A DNA stretch of 64,000 bases from Candidatus Atelocyanobacterium thalassae (GCA_051971635.1 JBFPLN010000003.1:548715-612714); one strand, 5' to 3'; positions 43,751 to 55,372 are shown, counted from the stretch's first letter. The notes: a model not told the origin generated them from the letters alone. A program made the numbers and translations.

Positions 43751-43940
43751 TACGCTACCCTAATAATAAGAGAATTCTATTTTATTTGACCATACTAAAA
43801 TATTATATTGCTAACAACAAAATTAGAAACTATGCTAATATTAACAAGCGAGAATTATTTTACTAAATTATTTTATCGATAGCCATTCGAGAACAGTGGG
43901 TTAATTTAATTCTACATATATTAATTTTAGAACATTTTTT

Positions 43941-44225
43941 ATGTCAATTTACGTTGGTAACCTATCTTACGAGGTGGTACAAGATGACCTCGAACAAGTT
44001 TTCGCTGAATACGGTACTGTTAAAAGGGCTCAGCTACCTTTAGATAGGGAAACTGGAAGACCTAGGGGATTTGGCTTTGTCGAAATGGAATCAGAAGATG
44101 AAGAAACCGCTGCTATTGACGCACTAAATGGTGTTGAATGGATGGGTCGGTCGATGAAAGTAAATAAAGCTAGACCAAAGGAAGACAAAAGATCTTTTAA
44201 TAAAGGAAATAACCGCAGTTATTAG
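43941..44225 (+). CDS. RRM-domain RNA-binding protein (Rbp)
   Basis: IYVGNL (RNP2), RGFGFVEM (RNP1). Confidence 0.96.
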   Translation: MSIYVGNLSYEVVQDDLEQVFAEYGTVKRAQLPLDRETGRPRGFGFVEMESEDEETAAIDALNGVEWMGRSMKVNKARPKEDKRSFNKGNNRSY

Positions 44226-44268
44226 TTTTAAAGATCAAAAACGTAATAAATATTAATTTTTTTTCGAT

Positions 44269-44312
44269 AGAATGATCTAATTATTAATAAGAATTAATAG
44301 TTAGATCATTCT
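44269..44312. repeat. 20-bp hairpin between rbp and rpsU
   Basis: agaatgatctaattattaat-aaga-attaatagttagatcattct, one G-U position. Confidence 0.8.
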
Positions 44313-44360
44313 CGACTTAATTTTATTAGTACATAGACAATTTCAGGAGGTAAGATCTAA

Positions 44361-44546
44361 ATGACCCAAATTATTCGTGGAGAGAATGAGGGTATTGAAT
44401 CAGCTCTACGTCGTTTCAAAAGACAAGTTAGTAAAGCTGGTATTTTCTATGATATGAAAAAAAATCGCCATTTCGAGACTCCAATTGAAAAACGTAAACG
44501 CAAAGCTTTAGCTAAACAACGACAACGTAAGAGAAGTTATCGCTAA
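44361..44546 (+). CDS. rpsU: 30S ribosomal protein bS21
   Basis: [36 protein letters not shown]. Confidence 0.97.
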   Translation: MTQIIRGENEGIESALRRFKRQVSKAGIFYDMKKNRHFETPIEKRKRKALAKQRQRKRSYR

Positions 44547-44563
44547 AGAATAAATTTATCGGG

Positions 44564-44597
44564 ACAGTATAGACTCAATAAGACCTATACTGTTTTT
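44564..44597 (+). terminator. Intrinsic terminator after rpsU
   Basis: acagtatag ... ctatactgt followed by a T run. Confidence 0.65.
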
Positions 44598-44762
44598 ATT
44601 TAATTGTCAATGAAAATAATTATTATTAATAAATAGAAAAACTATATTTAGTATTATCTCTTTTCTAATTTTTTTGTTTTAATCAAGAATTATATAACTT
44701 TATTCTAAGTAAATTATTAATTTTGTAACCATTGTCAGTGTTTTTTCAATTTGTGCTCTATT

Positions 44763-44797
44763 TAATAAAGCAAGAAATTTTTTTTCTTGCTTTATTA
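44763..44797. terminator. Perfect 15-bp hairpin downstream of futA
   Basis: taataaagcaagaaa-ttttt-tttcttgctttatta. Confidence 0.6.
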
Positions 44798-44939
44798 TCA
44801 GTTACACATATTTTTGTAGTAAAACGAGTACGGCTCTTACTGAATATTAGTTTTCAATAATTTAATAATAATTAATATGAAAAATATATAGTTGATTAAT
44901 TATTCTGCTACTAATATTTATATTGAATCTTAAAATTCA

Positions 44940-46019
44940 CTACTTCCATCCTGCACGATTCATAACTTTTACTGCAGTAGATAAATTTTCACCAAAAGAA
45001 GCAATATTAGTATCATCAGCTTTAAAAGTTCCAAAACTTTTCAAAACTGGATCAAGCATTGCACCTTCTACAACAGGATATTCATCATTCCCTCTTGCAA
45101 AAAATTCTTGGGCTTTATTACTGGTTAAGTATTCTAGAAACTTAATAGCATTCGCTTGATTAGGTGAATTTCTTACGACTCCAGCTCCACTAATATTTAC
45201 ATGTGCTCCTCTTCCATCTTGGTTCGGGAAGAAAACCCCAATTTTTTTAATTACTTCTTTATCTATTGGATCGTCAGACTTTGCAAAACGTGCCATATAG
45301 TATGTATTTGCTAGAGTTATGTCACCTACACCTGCAGCTACATCTCTAATCTGTCCAGTATCATTACTCTGAGGAGAACGAGCAAAATTAGCGACAAAAC
45401 CTCTTACCCATTCCTCTGTAGCTTCTTCTCCATTGGCTTCAATTAAGGAAGCAACTAAAGATTGGTTGTAAATATTACTAGATGGACGAATAATTATTCT
45501 ACTCTTCCACTTTGTATCAGCCAAAGACTCATAGGTTGAAAGCTCTTCAGGCTTAACTTTGCTTTTGTTATAGACAATTACACGTGATCTTTTCGTAAAA
45601 CCAAACCAGTATCCATCCTTGTCTCGCAAAGAGTTAGGGATCCTTTCTTCTAATATGGGAGAACTAACAGGCATAAAAATATTTGTTTTTTGAGCACGCC
45701 ACAGTCTCCCGACATCTACTGTCATAAAAACATCTGCTTTCGTGTTTTCTCCCTCACTTTTAATTCTCTCAATTAGCTCATCAGCACTTCCCTCAACTAA
45801 ATTAACTTTAATTCCTGTTTCTTCTGTAAAACCTTCATATAATTCTGTATCAGTATTATAGTGACGAGAAGAATATAGGTTAACTTCTTCTAAATTTTTA
45901 TCGCCTATATTTTTACTGATTTTGCTTTTATCTGAACAACTAGTAGTTATTTGCATCGCACTAATAACTATTAATGTCGTTAACCCACTTAGAAATAATC
46001 GTCTTGAAAACTTGATCAT
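44940..46019 (-). CDS. futA: Fe(III) ABC transporter substrate-binding protein FutA/IdiA (Tat signal, probable lipoprotein)
   Basis: SRRLFL Tat motif, NLYSSRHY, SSNIYNQSL, LANTYY, HVNISGAG. Confidence 0.93.
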   Translation of the reverse strand: MIKFSRRLFLSGLTTLIVISAMQITTSCSDKSKISKNIGDKNLEEVNLYSSRHYNTDTELYEGFTEETGIKVNLVEGSADELIERIKSEGENTKADVFMTVDVGRLWRAQKTNIFMPVSSPILEERIPNSLRDKDGYWFGFTKRSRVIVYNKSKVKPEELSTYESLADTKWKSRIIIRPSSNIYNQSLVASLIEANGEEATEEWVRGFVANFARSPQSNDTGQIRDVAAGVGDITLANTYYMARFAKSDDPIDKEVIKKIGVFFPNQDGRGAHVNISGAGVVRNSPNQANAIKFLEYLTSNKAQEFFARGNDEYPVVEGAMLDPVLKSFGTFKADDTNIASFGENLSTAVKVMNRAGWK

Positions 46020-46072
46020 GGTAGATAAATTCTACATATATTTTTTATGTTCAATCCAGATATTGTAACACT

Positions 46073-46091
46073 ATTGAGAAATATTACTAAT
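46073..46091. promoter_or_regulatory. Putative Fur box upstream of futA
   Basis: attgagaaatattactaat resembles ATTGAGAATnATTCTCAAT; it lies just upstream of a minus-strand TACAAT -10 element (46062-46067). Confidence 0.55.
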
Positions 46092-46688
46092 AGTTATTAT
46101 TAATTTGTATAATTTCAATTATCTCTAATGAAAATAAATTACTCTAAGGAACTTATTAATAAATAATGTTTTTTAAAAAATTTTATATTATATTTTGTGA
46201 AACATTTTAAAAAAATACAAATAACATATTTTTTTATTTAATAATATATCAATTCGATATTTACTTTAAAACTATTATTAGCTTTTGATTGATTATTAAT
46301 TAATTAATAATATTTACTTTCATAAAAATTAGAAGATTTAGAATTACTAAATTATCTTACTTATTAAATTTCAAAAAAGAATATGTAAAGAAAATAAAAC
46401 CTTATAAAATATTTACTAACAACTTCTTTCCATCAAAAATTAAAATTTAATCTATGAAATTTTAATAAAAATATTTTACTGTATTAGCTATATATCTTAT
46501 ATTTAATAATATTCTAACCTTAGAGATAAATCTTGTTGATAATAATTCAAGACTTTTATTTTAACTTTTGTATTATTTAGAGATAATTAATCTTTCTTTA
46601 GACTCTAAAACGAAACCTAAAATATTGAATATTTGTCCTGCGTAAATATATAGACTATTTATATAAATTCAGCTATAACCTATTAAAC

Positions 46689-47789
46689 ATGTCCTCTCTT
46701 ATTTCAGTTAAATTACCTGTATCAACTTATAATGTAATAATTTCTTCTAACATTTTAACTAGCATAGGAAAACATTTAAAGTTACTAAATGTTGATAAAA
46801 AAATTCTTATTATTTCTAATCCAATTGTTTTTGCCAATTATGGTCAAATTATTCTTGCCTCATTAAAAAGAGAAAAATTTAAAGTTTTTTTCTATTTAGT
46901 TCCTTTAGGAGAATCTAATAAGACACTAGACCACATTGAAAAAATTTATAATAGTGCTCTAAGTCATAAATTAGAACGCTCATCAACATTGCTTGCACTA
47001 GGTGGCGGAATGATCGGAGATATAGCAGGTTTTGTGGCAGCAACTTGGCTTAGGGGAGTTAATTTCATACAAGTTCCAACTTCATTGTTAGGGATGGTCG
47101 ATGCATCTATCGGTGGAAAGACTGGAATTAATTATCATCACAAAAAAAATTTAATTGGCTCTTTTTATCATCCCCGTCTAGTATTGATTGATCCCATAGT
47201 ATTAAAGACTCTACCCACCAGGGAATTAAAAGCGGGGATGGCAGAAATAGTTAAATATGGTTTAATTTGGAACAAGAAACTATTTATTCAGCTAGAATCT
47301 GAAGACACTTTAAGTAACGTAAACATTTGCAATCTACAAACACTTCAAAAATTAATTGTTGAATCTTGTTTAACCAAAATTAATATAGTTAATCAAGATG
47401 CAAATGAACAAGGAATAAGAACAATTTTGAATTATGGCCATACGATAGGTCACTCTATCGAGAGTCTAAGTCAAGATAATATTATTAGTCATGGGGAGGC
47501 TGTTTCTATAGGTATGATAGCAGCGGGAAGGATTGCATCATTACTAGGCATATGGAGAGAAGATTTAAGATGGCGTCAAGAACAATTACTTCAGAGAATA
47601 CTATTACCAACAAAGATACCTAATTCGTTAAAGATAAAAGATATTTTAGAATCTCTAAAATTAGATAAAAAAGTTAAATTTGGAAAAGTCAGATTCATCC
47701 TACCTAAAAATATAGGAGAAGTTAAAGTTTATAATGACATTCCATTAAAAATAATCGTTAATGCTCTTGAATCTATGTGTAATTTTTAA
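46689..47789 (+). CDS. aroB: 3-dehydroquinate synthase
   Basis: ALGGGMIGD, QVPTSLLGMVDASIGGKTG, LNYGHTIGHSIE, HGEAV. Confidence 0.97.
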   Translation: MSSLISVKLPVSTYNVIISSNILTSIGKHLKLLNVDKKILIISNPIVFANYGQIILASLKREKFKVFFYLVPLGESNKTLDHIEKIYNSALSHKLERSSTLLALGGGMIGDIAGFVAATWLRGVNFIQVPTSLLGMVDASIGGKTGINYHHKKNLIGSFYHPRLVLIDPIVLKTLPTRELKAGMAEIVKYGLIWNKKLFIQLESEDTLSNVNICNLQTLQKLIVESCLTKINIVNQDANEQGIRTILNYGHTIGHSIESLSQDNIISHGEAVSIGMIAAGRIASLLGIWREDLRWRQEQLLQRILLPTKIPNSLKIKDILESLKLDKKVKFGKVRFILPKNIGEVKVYNDIPLKIIVNALESMCNF

Positions 47790-48076
47790 ATATAAGCTAT
47801 GGGAATATAATCTTAAAAATTAATTCAATTAATCTTTAATTTTCAATATTACTAAAAAATTGTATTGTTTTTTGCTTTATAGTATGCGACAGAAGGTATC
47901 TTTATGTTTTGCGAAAGTTATTAACCAAAAGAGAGTAAAATCTTAACATAGGACATATAATAAAGTCAGGCCCCATTGGTTATCTTCTTATCAGTTGTTC
48001 TTAGAAGCTAAGTTAAGAAATGACTTCATAGTACATATTTCCTAAAAATACATTTTTGACCATAATATTAAGAACT

Positions 48077-48721
48077 ATGATTCAATCGCAAGTATCAAAC
48101 CATAATATTTCCAGCAAAAATTTTCATAAATATTACGCAAAGATGGACAACATAGTTCCTATGGTAGTGGAACAGTCTGGCATGGGGGAAAGAGCTTTTG
48201 ATATTTATTCGAGACTCCTACGAGAACGTATTATATTTTTAGGGACTCCTGTAGACGATCAGATGGCCAATTCTATTGTTGCACAACTCTTATTTTTAGA
48301 TTCAGAAGATCCTGAAAAGGATATTCAAATTTACATTAATTCTCCAGGCGGTTCAGTATATGCAGGATTAGCTATATATGACACGATGAAACAAATTCGT
48401 CCTGATATTGTTACTATTTGTTTTGGTTTAGCTGCTAGTATGGGAGCTTTTTTATTGTCAGGAGGAACAAAGGGTAAACGCATGGCTTTGCCCAGTTCTC
48501 GTATAATGATACATCAACCTCTTGGTGGAGCGCAGGGGCAAGCTGTTGATATTGCAATCCAAGCCCAAGAAATTTTGTATATTAAAAAAAGGCTTAATAG
48601 TATGTTGTCTGAACATACTGGTAAATCTTTTGATGTAATAGCTGCTGATACTGAAAGAGACTTTTTTATGTCATCAAAAGAAGCGGTAGAATATGGCTTA
48701 ATTGATAAAGTAATTTCTTAG
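48077..48721 (+). CDS. clpP: ATP-dependent Clp protease proteolytic subunit
   Basis: [29 protein letters not shown]; start uncertain. Confidence 0.97.
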   Translation: MIQSQVSNHNISSKNFHKYYAKMDNIVPMVVEQSGMGERAFDIYSRLLRERIIFLGTPVDDQMANSIVAQLLFLDSEDPEKDIQIYINSPGGSVYAGLAIYDTMKQIRPDIVTICFGLAASMGAFLLSGGTKGKRMALPSSRIMIHQPLGGAQGQAVDIAIQAQEILYIKKRLNSMLSEHTGKSFDVIAADTERDFFMSSKEAVEYGLIDKVIS

Positions 48722-48773
48722 ACTAGATGTTTGATCTCTTTTTGTGTAGTATTATTTACTGATTTAATATCTT

Positions 48774-50090
48774 ATGTCTAAATATAACTCCCACTTAAAA
48801 TGTTCATTCTGTGGAAAATCTCAGGAACAAGTACGCAAACTCATTGCAGGGCCGGGAGTTTACATTTGTGATGAATGTGTAGAGCTCTGCAATGAAATTT
48901 TAGATGAAGAATTTATTAGTAAATCTGATACTCAATTAACAACTTCATCACAAGATAAAAGGATTTATACTAAACAATACTCTGAAAAAAAAAAGTTATC
49001 GTTTCAAGGAATTCCAAAGCCTATAGATGTTAAAAATTGCCTTGATGAGTATATTATTGGACAAGATGAGGCAAAAAAAATTCTTTCAGTTGCAGTATAT
49101 AATCACTATAAACGTTTAAGCTCTCTTGAAGAAGAAAATATACAAAATGAAAACAATATTGTTGAATTACAAAAATCTAACATTTTATTGATAGGTCCAA
49201 CAGGGTCAGGAAAAACCTTACTTGCTCAAACATTAGCAAAAATTTTGGAAGTCCCTTTTGTTATAGCTGATGCAACCAGTCTAACAGAGGCAGGCTATGT
49301 TGGAGAAGACGTAGAAAATATTCTACTACGATTATTACAGGTTGCTGATCTTGATGTATATAAAGCTCAAAGAGGAATAATTTATATAGATGAAATTGAT
49401 AAGATTGCATGTAAAAACGAAAACCTATCTATTACACGTGATGTTTCTGGGGAAGGAGTACAACAGGCTCTTTTGAAAATGTTGGAAGGTACAGTAGCTA
49501 ATGTTCCACCGAATGGTGGAAGAAAACATCCCTACCAAGATTGTATTCGAATTGATACTAAAAATATTTTATTTATTTGCGGTGGTGCCTTTGTTCGTTT
49601 AAACGGAATTCTTGAAAAAAGAATAAATAAAAAATCATTTGGATTTATCCATTCAAACGATTCATCTTCAGAACAAGAGGAAATAAATCTTACGAGAAAA
49701 GTTGAGCCAGATGATTTGATAAAGTTTGGTATGATACCAGAATTTGTGGGTAGGCTTCCTATCGTAGCAGCTCTTAATACATTAACTGAAGAAACTCTCG
49801 CTACTATTTTAACTAGACCCAGAAATGCCTTGGTTAAGCAATATCAAAAATTGTTAAATATGGACAACGTGAAATTAGAATTTAGCGAAGAAGCAGTTAA
49901 AGAAATTGCGAAAGAAGCCTATCGAAGAAAAATAGGGGCAAGAGCATTACGTAGCATCGTTGAAGAGTTAATGTTAGATATTATGTATGAGCTTCCATCA
50001 CATAAAAATATGAAAAAATTTGTAATTACGAAAGAAATGGTACAAAAAAGATCAACTACAGAATTGTTAAAACATTCTTCTTTACTCTAA
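48774..50090 (+). CDS. clpX: Clp protease ATP-binding subunit ClpX
   Basis: C4 zinc finger CSFCGK...[29 protein letters not shown]. Confidence 0.98.
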   Translation: MSKYNSHLKCSFCGKSQEQVRKLIAGPGVYICDECVELCNEILDEEFISKSDTQLTTSSQDKRIYTKQYSEKKKLSFQGIPKPIDVKNCLDEYIIGQDEAKKILSVAVYNHYKRLSSLEEENIQNENNIVELQKSNILLIGPTGSGKTLLAQTLAKILEVPFVIADATSLTEAGYVGEDVENILLRLLQVADLDVYKAQRGIIYIDEIDKIACKNENLSITRDVSGEGVQQALLKMLEGTVANVPPNGGRKHPYQDCIRIDTKNILFICGGAFVRLNGILEKRINKKSFGFIHSNDSSSEQEEINLTRKVEPDDLIKFGMIPEFVGRLPIVAALNTLTEETLATILTRPRNALVKQYQKLLNMDNVKLEFSEEAVKEIAKEAYRRKIGARALRSIVEELMLDIMYELPSHKNMKKFVITKEMVQKRSTTELLKHSSLL

Positions 50091-50330
50091 CTGATAAATC
50101 TCGGTAGTTGATATCAGTTAATAAATATCAAAAGATAAAATTTTATTCAAAAGCTTTCACTACCAATTTAATAAATAGGTCATAGAATCATCTCTTAAAA
50201 TTAAGCATATAGTAACTAATGTTATTATCTAAAACTCTTTCATATTATTCATAAATAACTATAGTTAATTCTTTAGTAATAAAATTGTCTTTTTACAAAA
50301 GTTAAAAAGATAGTTAACCTTTAATTTATA

Positions 50331-50933
50331 CTATAGTTTTTTCCAAATACCTATTAAGACTCCTTCTATTGTTAACTGATTTGGCTCTACTTTTAAAAGC
50401 TGATAATCTGAGCTGATAGACTTTAACATAGCCATATTACCCCATTTACTATATCGTTTTAAAATTATCTTATGTTTTTCTATTTTAGCTGCTATGATCT
50501 GATCCTTTGCTAAAACTTCATTTTCTCTAAAAGGACGCATGACAGCTATATCATTAACTATTATTGAGTCATTACTTGTAATGTTATCGGATACAACTAA
50601 TCCCCAAGCTTTTTCAACATGTGATAAATAACAAAAATCTACTCGATACTTTGTGTCATCGAAAAAATTTATAATTCCATCTGCCTCAATTGTACCCATG
50701 ATAAGAATACCTTTTGGCTCGGAGTTTAGGATTCTAATAGTGCGAGCTTTTCCTTCAGTCCAAGTAATATAACCCTTATTTCTTAGACGCTCCAACCGAC
50801 TCTGAACTGGAGCTGGTGATCGAAGTCTCATAGCTATCATCATTTGACGAATAGAAGGGGCATGTTGATTCTCATTAATGTATTGAACTAGCCAATCGTA
50901 CAATTCTTGTTGAGCAGAAGTTAAAAGTTCCAT
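50331..50933 (-). CDS. lexA: LexA transcriptional regulator (degenerate peptidase domain)
   Basis: Cyanobacterial LexA DNA-binding domain HAPSIRQMM...SPAPVQSRLERL...GKARTI. Confidence 0.92.
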   Translation of the reverse strand: MELLTSAQQELYDWLVQYINENQHAPSIRQMMIAMRLRSPAPVQSRLERLRNKGYITWTEGKARTIRILNSEPKGILIMGTIEADGIINFFDDTKYRVDFCYLSHVEKAWGLVVSDNITSNDSIIVNDIAVMRPFRENEVLAKDQIIAAKIEKHKIILKRYSKWGNMAMLKSISSDYQLLKVEPNQLTIEGVLIGIWKKL

Positions 50934-50949
50934 GGGCTCTAATTAATCT

Positions 50950-50965
50950 TAGAACATATATACTA
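50950..50965 (-). promoter_or_regulatory. Cyanobacterial LexA box upstream of lexA
   Basis: Minus strand TAGTATATATGTTCTA, one mismatch to RGTACnnnDGTWCB, 16 nt before the start codon. Confidence 0.75.
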
Positions 50966-51121
50966 TTATGGATCACTAAAGATCAATAATACAATAACTT
51001 TTAATAACTCTTTAGCTATTTTGAAGAAATAATATTAAAGACAGATATTTAAAATACCAATCTGCTGTTTGCATTGCGTACCATGTCTTAATCATTTATC
51101 TCGATTAATTTAATGAATCTA

Positions 51122-52720
51122 TCATAATTCTAAAACACTTTGAAGATTTTCACGATCTTCTGCTTTAACAGAACAACGCCCGTTTTCTAAATCTCTAATC
51201 CAACTTTGACTTTTACCTATCTGTTTAGCCAACTCTCTTTGACTTAATCCTTTACTTTTTCTTGCATATAAGATTTTTTCTGCAGATAATGGAGAAGGCT
51301 TTTGTGCACGATTTTTTTGGCTATTTTTTCGTTGTTTTTTTCGTTCAAATTTTATTAACTCTTCTTCCCATTCTTGTGGAAGCTGAAAATTTAAAATTCT
51401 TGCTTTCATGAGCCAGTTCCACTTTCCTCTTGGTCCAGAATCTGTCAAGCGATGTTCTTGAGAACCATCATTAATCCAAAAATTTAAGGCTTCTTCAGCA
51501 TCATCTGGTAGCTTTGATACTCTAACCCATAAGGGTTGTATATTTTCTGGATAAGAAATAGGATCAAAAATTGCTTTAACTCCATAATGATTAAGAACTT
51601 CTAAATCACCTTCAAAAGTTCTCAATATTTTTTTTCTTTGATTTCTTTTAATATCTGCCTGAACTACTCTATCTTGACCATAAGCAACTTTCATTAACGT
51701 AGGAACAGTAACACATTGTTTTCTACCCATCTTACTTTTGAAGAGTAACCACAGCAAAATTCTTACTGCCCCAGGATGTTGTTGCCAAATACTCATTACA
51801 GTGCTTAATATAAATTGGGGTAACGAACCATATTGATAAAATGCGACTCTATTGCTATAACCTTGCTTATTTAAAAAATATTTTGACCATATTCCAGCTT
51901 TTAGTGTAAATGTCAAACCTATTAAATGCTGGCAACCAAAATCATCTTCTTGAAAATAATGTTGAATATCTAATAAGTGCCATAAAGGACCTTCTGGTAT
52001 TGTAAAACTTTTGACTTTTCCTTGTTGTGGCCAATTAATAATTGCTAATAGTTGACAAGTTTGTTGTAGCAATAATTTGATTAAAGTTAGCTTTGTTGTC
52101 TTGCTAATATCTTTACGTTTATCTAATCCTAAATATTGTTCAATTTGTTGATCATTTATTATAAATTTTTGCTCCCAAGGTTTTTCCAACGTAGTTGCAT
52201 AGGCAGAAAATAAAAGATGTAAACAGGCAGATCTAATGTCTATGAAATCTAATTTAGATGCGTCGGTTAGATACCTAACTAAACCAAATGATCTAGAATC
52301 TAAGACATTATTTAACCGAAACAATATTGTTCCTTCTCCTTGCTTAACAAAGCGTTTGTAGTAAAGGTTTCCTTGTATATCTTTCTCCCAGTTCAAAACT
52401 GGAGCTTGAGTTAATACGGTACAAGCCTCCCAAATTATCATAGATGAAGCAAAAGGAGTATTTTTTCTATTAATAAACAACTCAGGAGATGTAATATTTC
52501 TAGTTATATTTTTATATCTACCTTTTTTAGGATGAATAGGAATTGGGCTACTAATAGGACACTGAACAATACATTGAGGTTCAGTATAATAACCTCGACA
52601 ATTGTTACATAGCTTTTGATCAATCCAATAACTACCATTGTTTAATTGAATGGCATTAGTAGGGCAATCAACTCGACAACTATCACAGCTAGAACAACTT
52701 TCAGAAATTGTATAAGGCAT
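51122..52720 (-). CDS. cnfR: CnfR (PatB), nif transcriptional activator
   Basis: N-terminal 2x[4Fe-4S] ferredoxin motifs (CSSCDSCRVDCP; CNNC...CIVQCP) and C-terminal XRE HTH (LSQRELAKQIGKSQSWIRDLENGR). Confidence 0.93.
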   Translation of the reverse strand: MPYTISESCSSCDSCRVDCPTNAIQLNNGSYWIDQKLCNNCRGYYTEPQCIVQCPISSPIPIHPKKGRYKNITRNITSPELFINRKNTPFASSMIIWEACTVLTQAPVLNWEKDIQGNLYYKRFVKQGEGTILFRLNNVLDSRSFGLVRYLTDASKLDFIDIRSACLHLLFSAYATTLEKPWEQKFIINDQQIEQYLGLDKRKDISKTTKLTLIKLLLQQTCQLLAIINWPQQGKVKSFTIPEGPLWHLLDIQHYFQEDDFGCQHLIGLTFTLKAGIWSKYFLNKQGYSNRVAFYQYGSLPQFILSTVMSIWQQHPGAVRILLWLLFKSKMGRKQCVTVPTLMKVAYGQDRVVQADIKRNQRKKILRTFEGDLEVLNHYGVKAIFDPISYPENIQPLWVRVSKLPDDAEEALNFWINDGSQEHRLTDSGPRGKWNWLMKARILNFQLPQEWEEELIKFERKKQRKNSQKNRAQKPSPLSAEKILYARKSKGLSQRELAKQIGKSQSWIRDLENGRCSVKAEDRENLQSVLEL

Positions 52721-52759
52721 AGTTTTGTGAGGCGTAATAAATTGAGTTAGGGTGATTAT

Positions 52760-52775
52760 TGTAGTAGTTACTACA
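52760..52775. promoter_or_regulatory. NtcA-consensus site upstream of cnfR
   Basis: TGTA-gtagttac-TACA matches TGTA-N8-TACA. Confidence 0.55.
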
Positions 52776-53444
52776 CTTCATATAAGATTTATTTTATGAA
52801 GTAAACTATTTATAAATAATCTTATTTCTTATTCTTCGCTTAAAAGTTTTTATCTTTAGATAATATGAATTAGAAAACTATTTACGAAAGATTTTAAATT
52901 GGCTTAATCACATTTAATCTATTACTGTCAGATATGATTTATACGATATTCGATAGAGATTAAAACTACTTTTTAGTATAAACACTTTATTCAAATCGTA
53001 TTTTTATCTTAGTATACTTTTTTATTTTGTCTATTTTCTTAAATTATTAAATTTAATTTAGTAATTCAAAAAAATAAAACAATAACATTTTAATATTTAT
53101 CAACCCAGAAGTATAAGAAACCTAAATACTAAGTAACTAAGCACTATATTTATTCATTAGGTAAGTAAAAGATAGTTATTCCTGATTCTATATCTTGTAC
53201 AATTTTAGAGTAATTAGATAGGTCTTGTTTTTTGACACATATAATAAAATATGAACAAAAGGATAATGCTAAATATTTATTTTTAATATTTATGATATTA
53301 CTATTAATTGTTTAAAAAGTAATAAGGCTAAATTCTAAAAATAGAAAGGTAGAATAAGAATAGTATAGAATAATAGCTATCTGTTTCTATTAAGGGCTTT
53401 GCCTAATTAACTATTAGTTTTTTAAAATGGAGCGTTGTTAATCT

Positions 53445-54203
53445 GTGCTGCAGCACTTTCAACAAAATTTAAAAAATGATTTTATTGCTGGTCTCTTAGT
53501 TGTTATTCCTTTAGCAACTACTATTTGGCTAACTATTACTATCGCTAGTTGGGTTATTAATTTTCTAACCCAAATCCCTAAACAATTAAATCCTTTTGAC
53601 GGACTTAATCCTATCTTAAGCTATTGTCTTAATCTGAGTGTTGGATTTGCTGTTCCAATTGTTTGTATATCAATTATAGGCTTGATGGCTCGTAATATAG
53701 CTGGCAAATGGTTACTAGACTTTGGCGAGCGTATTTTGCAATCTATTCCTTTAGCTGGAGCAGTCTATAAGACTTTAAAGCAGATTCTAGAAACTCTCTT
53801 TAAAGATTCCAAAAGTAAATTCAGACGTGTTGTTATGGTAGAGTATCCTCGACGTGGAATTTGGAGTTTAGGATTTGTAACCGGAACTCTAAGCCCTCCT
53901 TTGCAAGCCTACTTAGAAAAACCTATGCTAAGTGTATTTATCCCTACTACTCCTAATCCTACTTCTGGATGGTACTCTATCATTGCTGAGGACGATGTCA
54001 TTAATTTACCTGTTTCTATTGAAGATGCTTTTAAAGTCCTAATTTCTGGAGGTATCGTTAGTCCTGATACTTCTAGTTATTCAGTATCGCAAGAAGATAA
54101 TGAATTAAATAATACTGATAGTTCCAAGCTAGGGGTTAGAGATGATTCTTTAATTCCCGATAAAGATATACCCACTTTAAAAAATGTTGATAATCAATTA
54201 TGA
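53445..54203 (+). CDS. DUF502 membrane protein
   Basis: [34 protein letters not shown]; overlaps nusB (ATGA). Confidence 0.9.
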   Translation: MLQHFQQNLKNDFIAGLLVVIPLATTIWLTITIASWVINFLTQIPKQLNPFDGLNPILSYCLNLSVGFAVPIVCISIIGLMARNIAGKWLLDFGERILQSIPLAGAVYKTLKQILETLFKDSKSKFRRVVMVEYPRRGIWSLGFVTGTLSPPLQAYLEKPMLSVFIPTTPNPTSGWYSIIAEDDVINLPVSIEDAFKVLISGGIVSPDTSSYSVSQEDNELNNTDSSKLGVRDDSLIPDKDIPTLKNVDNQL

Positions 54204-54859
54204 TATCTCGTCAGCAACCTCGTCGAATCGCTCGTGAATTAGCCTTGTTAAGTATGAGTCAAATCAAGGGGACTCCAGAAAAAATTGAGCAACTTCAGAT
54301 TGAAAATATTGTCTTAGCCGCTATTCGTGTCCTTACCAATGAGGTAAAAGATACTTTAGAAACTGCTTCAGCAGAAATAATAAGAGGACATAATCAATTG
54401 TTTAAATATGAGACACGTTCTAGTACTCTTGAAAGTGCAAAAGCAATGCTTTCAGAAGCTTTAGAATTAACTCAAGGCGCAGTTAACTGTCTAGCAGGAG
54501 CTATAGAATTTCCTGAAATAATCCAATTAGCTGGTCAAAATGATGTACAACAGTATGCTATTGAAATTATTCATGCTATTTGTAAAAAGAAAAAAGAGCT
54601 GGATAATCAATTAGAAGTAGTTCTAAAAGATTGGCAACTGAGAAGATTAGCAAAAATAGATCAAGATATTCTACGTATTGCAGTTGCAGAAATTTTACTT
54701 CTGAATATTCCCGAAAAAGTTGCTATAAATGAAGCTGTTGAATTAGCAAAACGTTATTCTGATGATGACGGCTATCGTTTTATTAATGGAGTCCTTAGAA
54801 GATTTGTAGAGCATATTAAAAAAGAAGACAAGAGCAATGTTTTTCTTAAAGAAGTTTAA
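54200..54859 (+). CDS. nusB: Transcription antitermination factor NusB
   Basis: [38 protein letters not shown]. Confidence 0.96.
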   Translation: MISRQQPRRIARELALLSMSQIKGTPEKIEQLQIENIVLAAIRVLTNEVKDTLETASAEIIRGHNQLFKYETRSSTLESAKAMLSEALELTQGAVNCLAGAIEFPEIIQLAGQNDVQQYAIEIIHAICKKKKELDNQLEVVLKDWQLRRLAKIDQDILRIAVAEILLLNIPEKVAINEAVELAKRYSDDDGYRFINGVLRRFVEHIKKEDKSNVFLKEV

Positions 54860-54949
54860 TTTCATTAAAACTTACCCTTTCTTGCTAATTTTTTAATATT
54901 TAACAAATTAATTTACTATTATTTTGCACACTATAAAATAACTTATCTT

Positions 54950-55348
54950 ATGAATGAAATTTTAAATGAGAATTCTCCAACAATAAAGTATGGAGAACGT
55001 AATATTCTAGAGGGAGAATTAATTACATTTCCTAACCCTCGTATAGGTAGGGCTTACAATATATCCATCACTTTACCTGAGTTTACTTGTAAATGTCCTT
55101 TTTCAGGACATCCTGATTTCGCTACTCTTGAATTTAATTATGTTCCTGATCAAAAAATTCTAGAACTTAAAGCTTTAAAACTCTATATAAACGGCTTTCG
55201 TGATAAATACATTTCTCATGAAGAATCAATTAATCAAATATTAGATGATTTTGTAGAGGCGTGTGAACCATTAGAAGCAACTTTAAAAGGTAATTTCAAC
55301 CCAAGAGGAAATGTACATACAATGATTGAAGTCCGTTATAAAAAATAA
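54950..55348 (+). CDS. queF: preQ1 synthase (7-cyano-7-deazaguanine reductase)
   Basis: PEFTCKCPFSGHPDFA, ELKALKLY, SHE, PRG. Confidence 0.96.
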   Translation: MNEILNENSPTIKYGERNILEGELITFPNPRIGRAYNISITLPEFTCKCPFSGHPDFATLEFNYVPDQKILELKALKLYINGFRDKYISHEESINQILDDFVEACEPLEATLKGNFNPRGNVHTMIEVRYKK

Positions 55349-55372
55349 TTAGGCTATTGTAATCAGCTAGTT

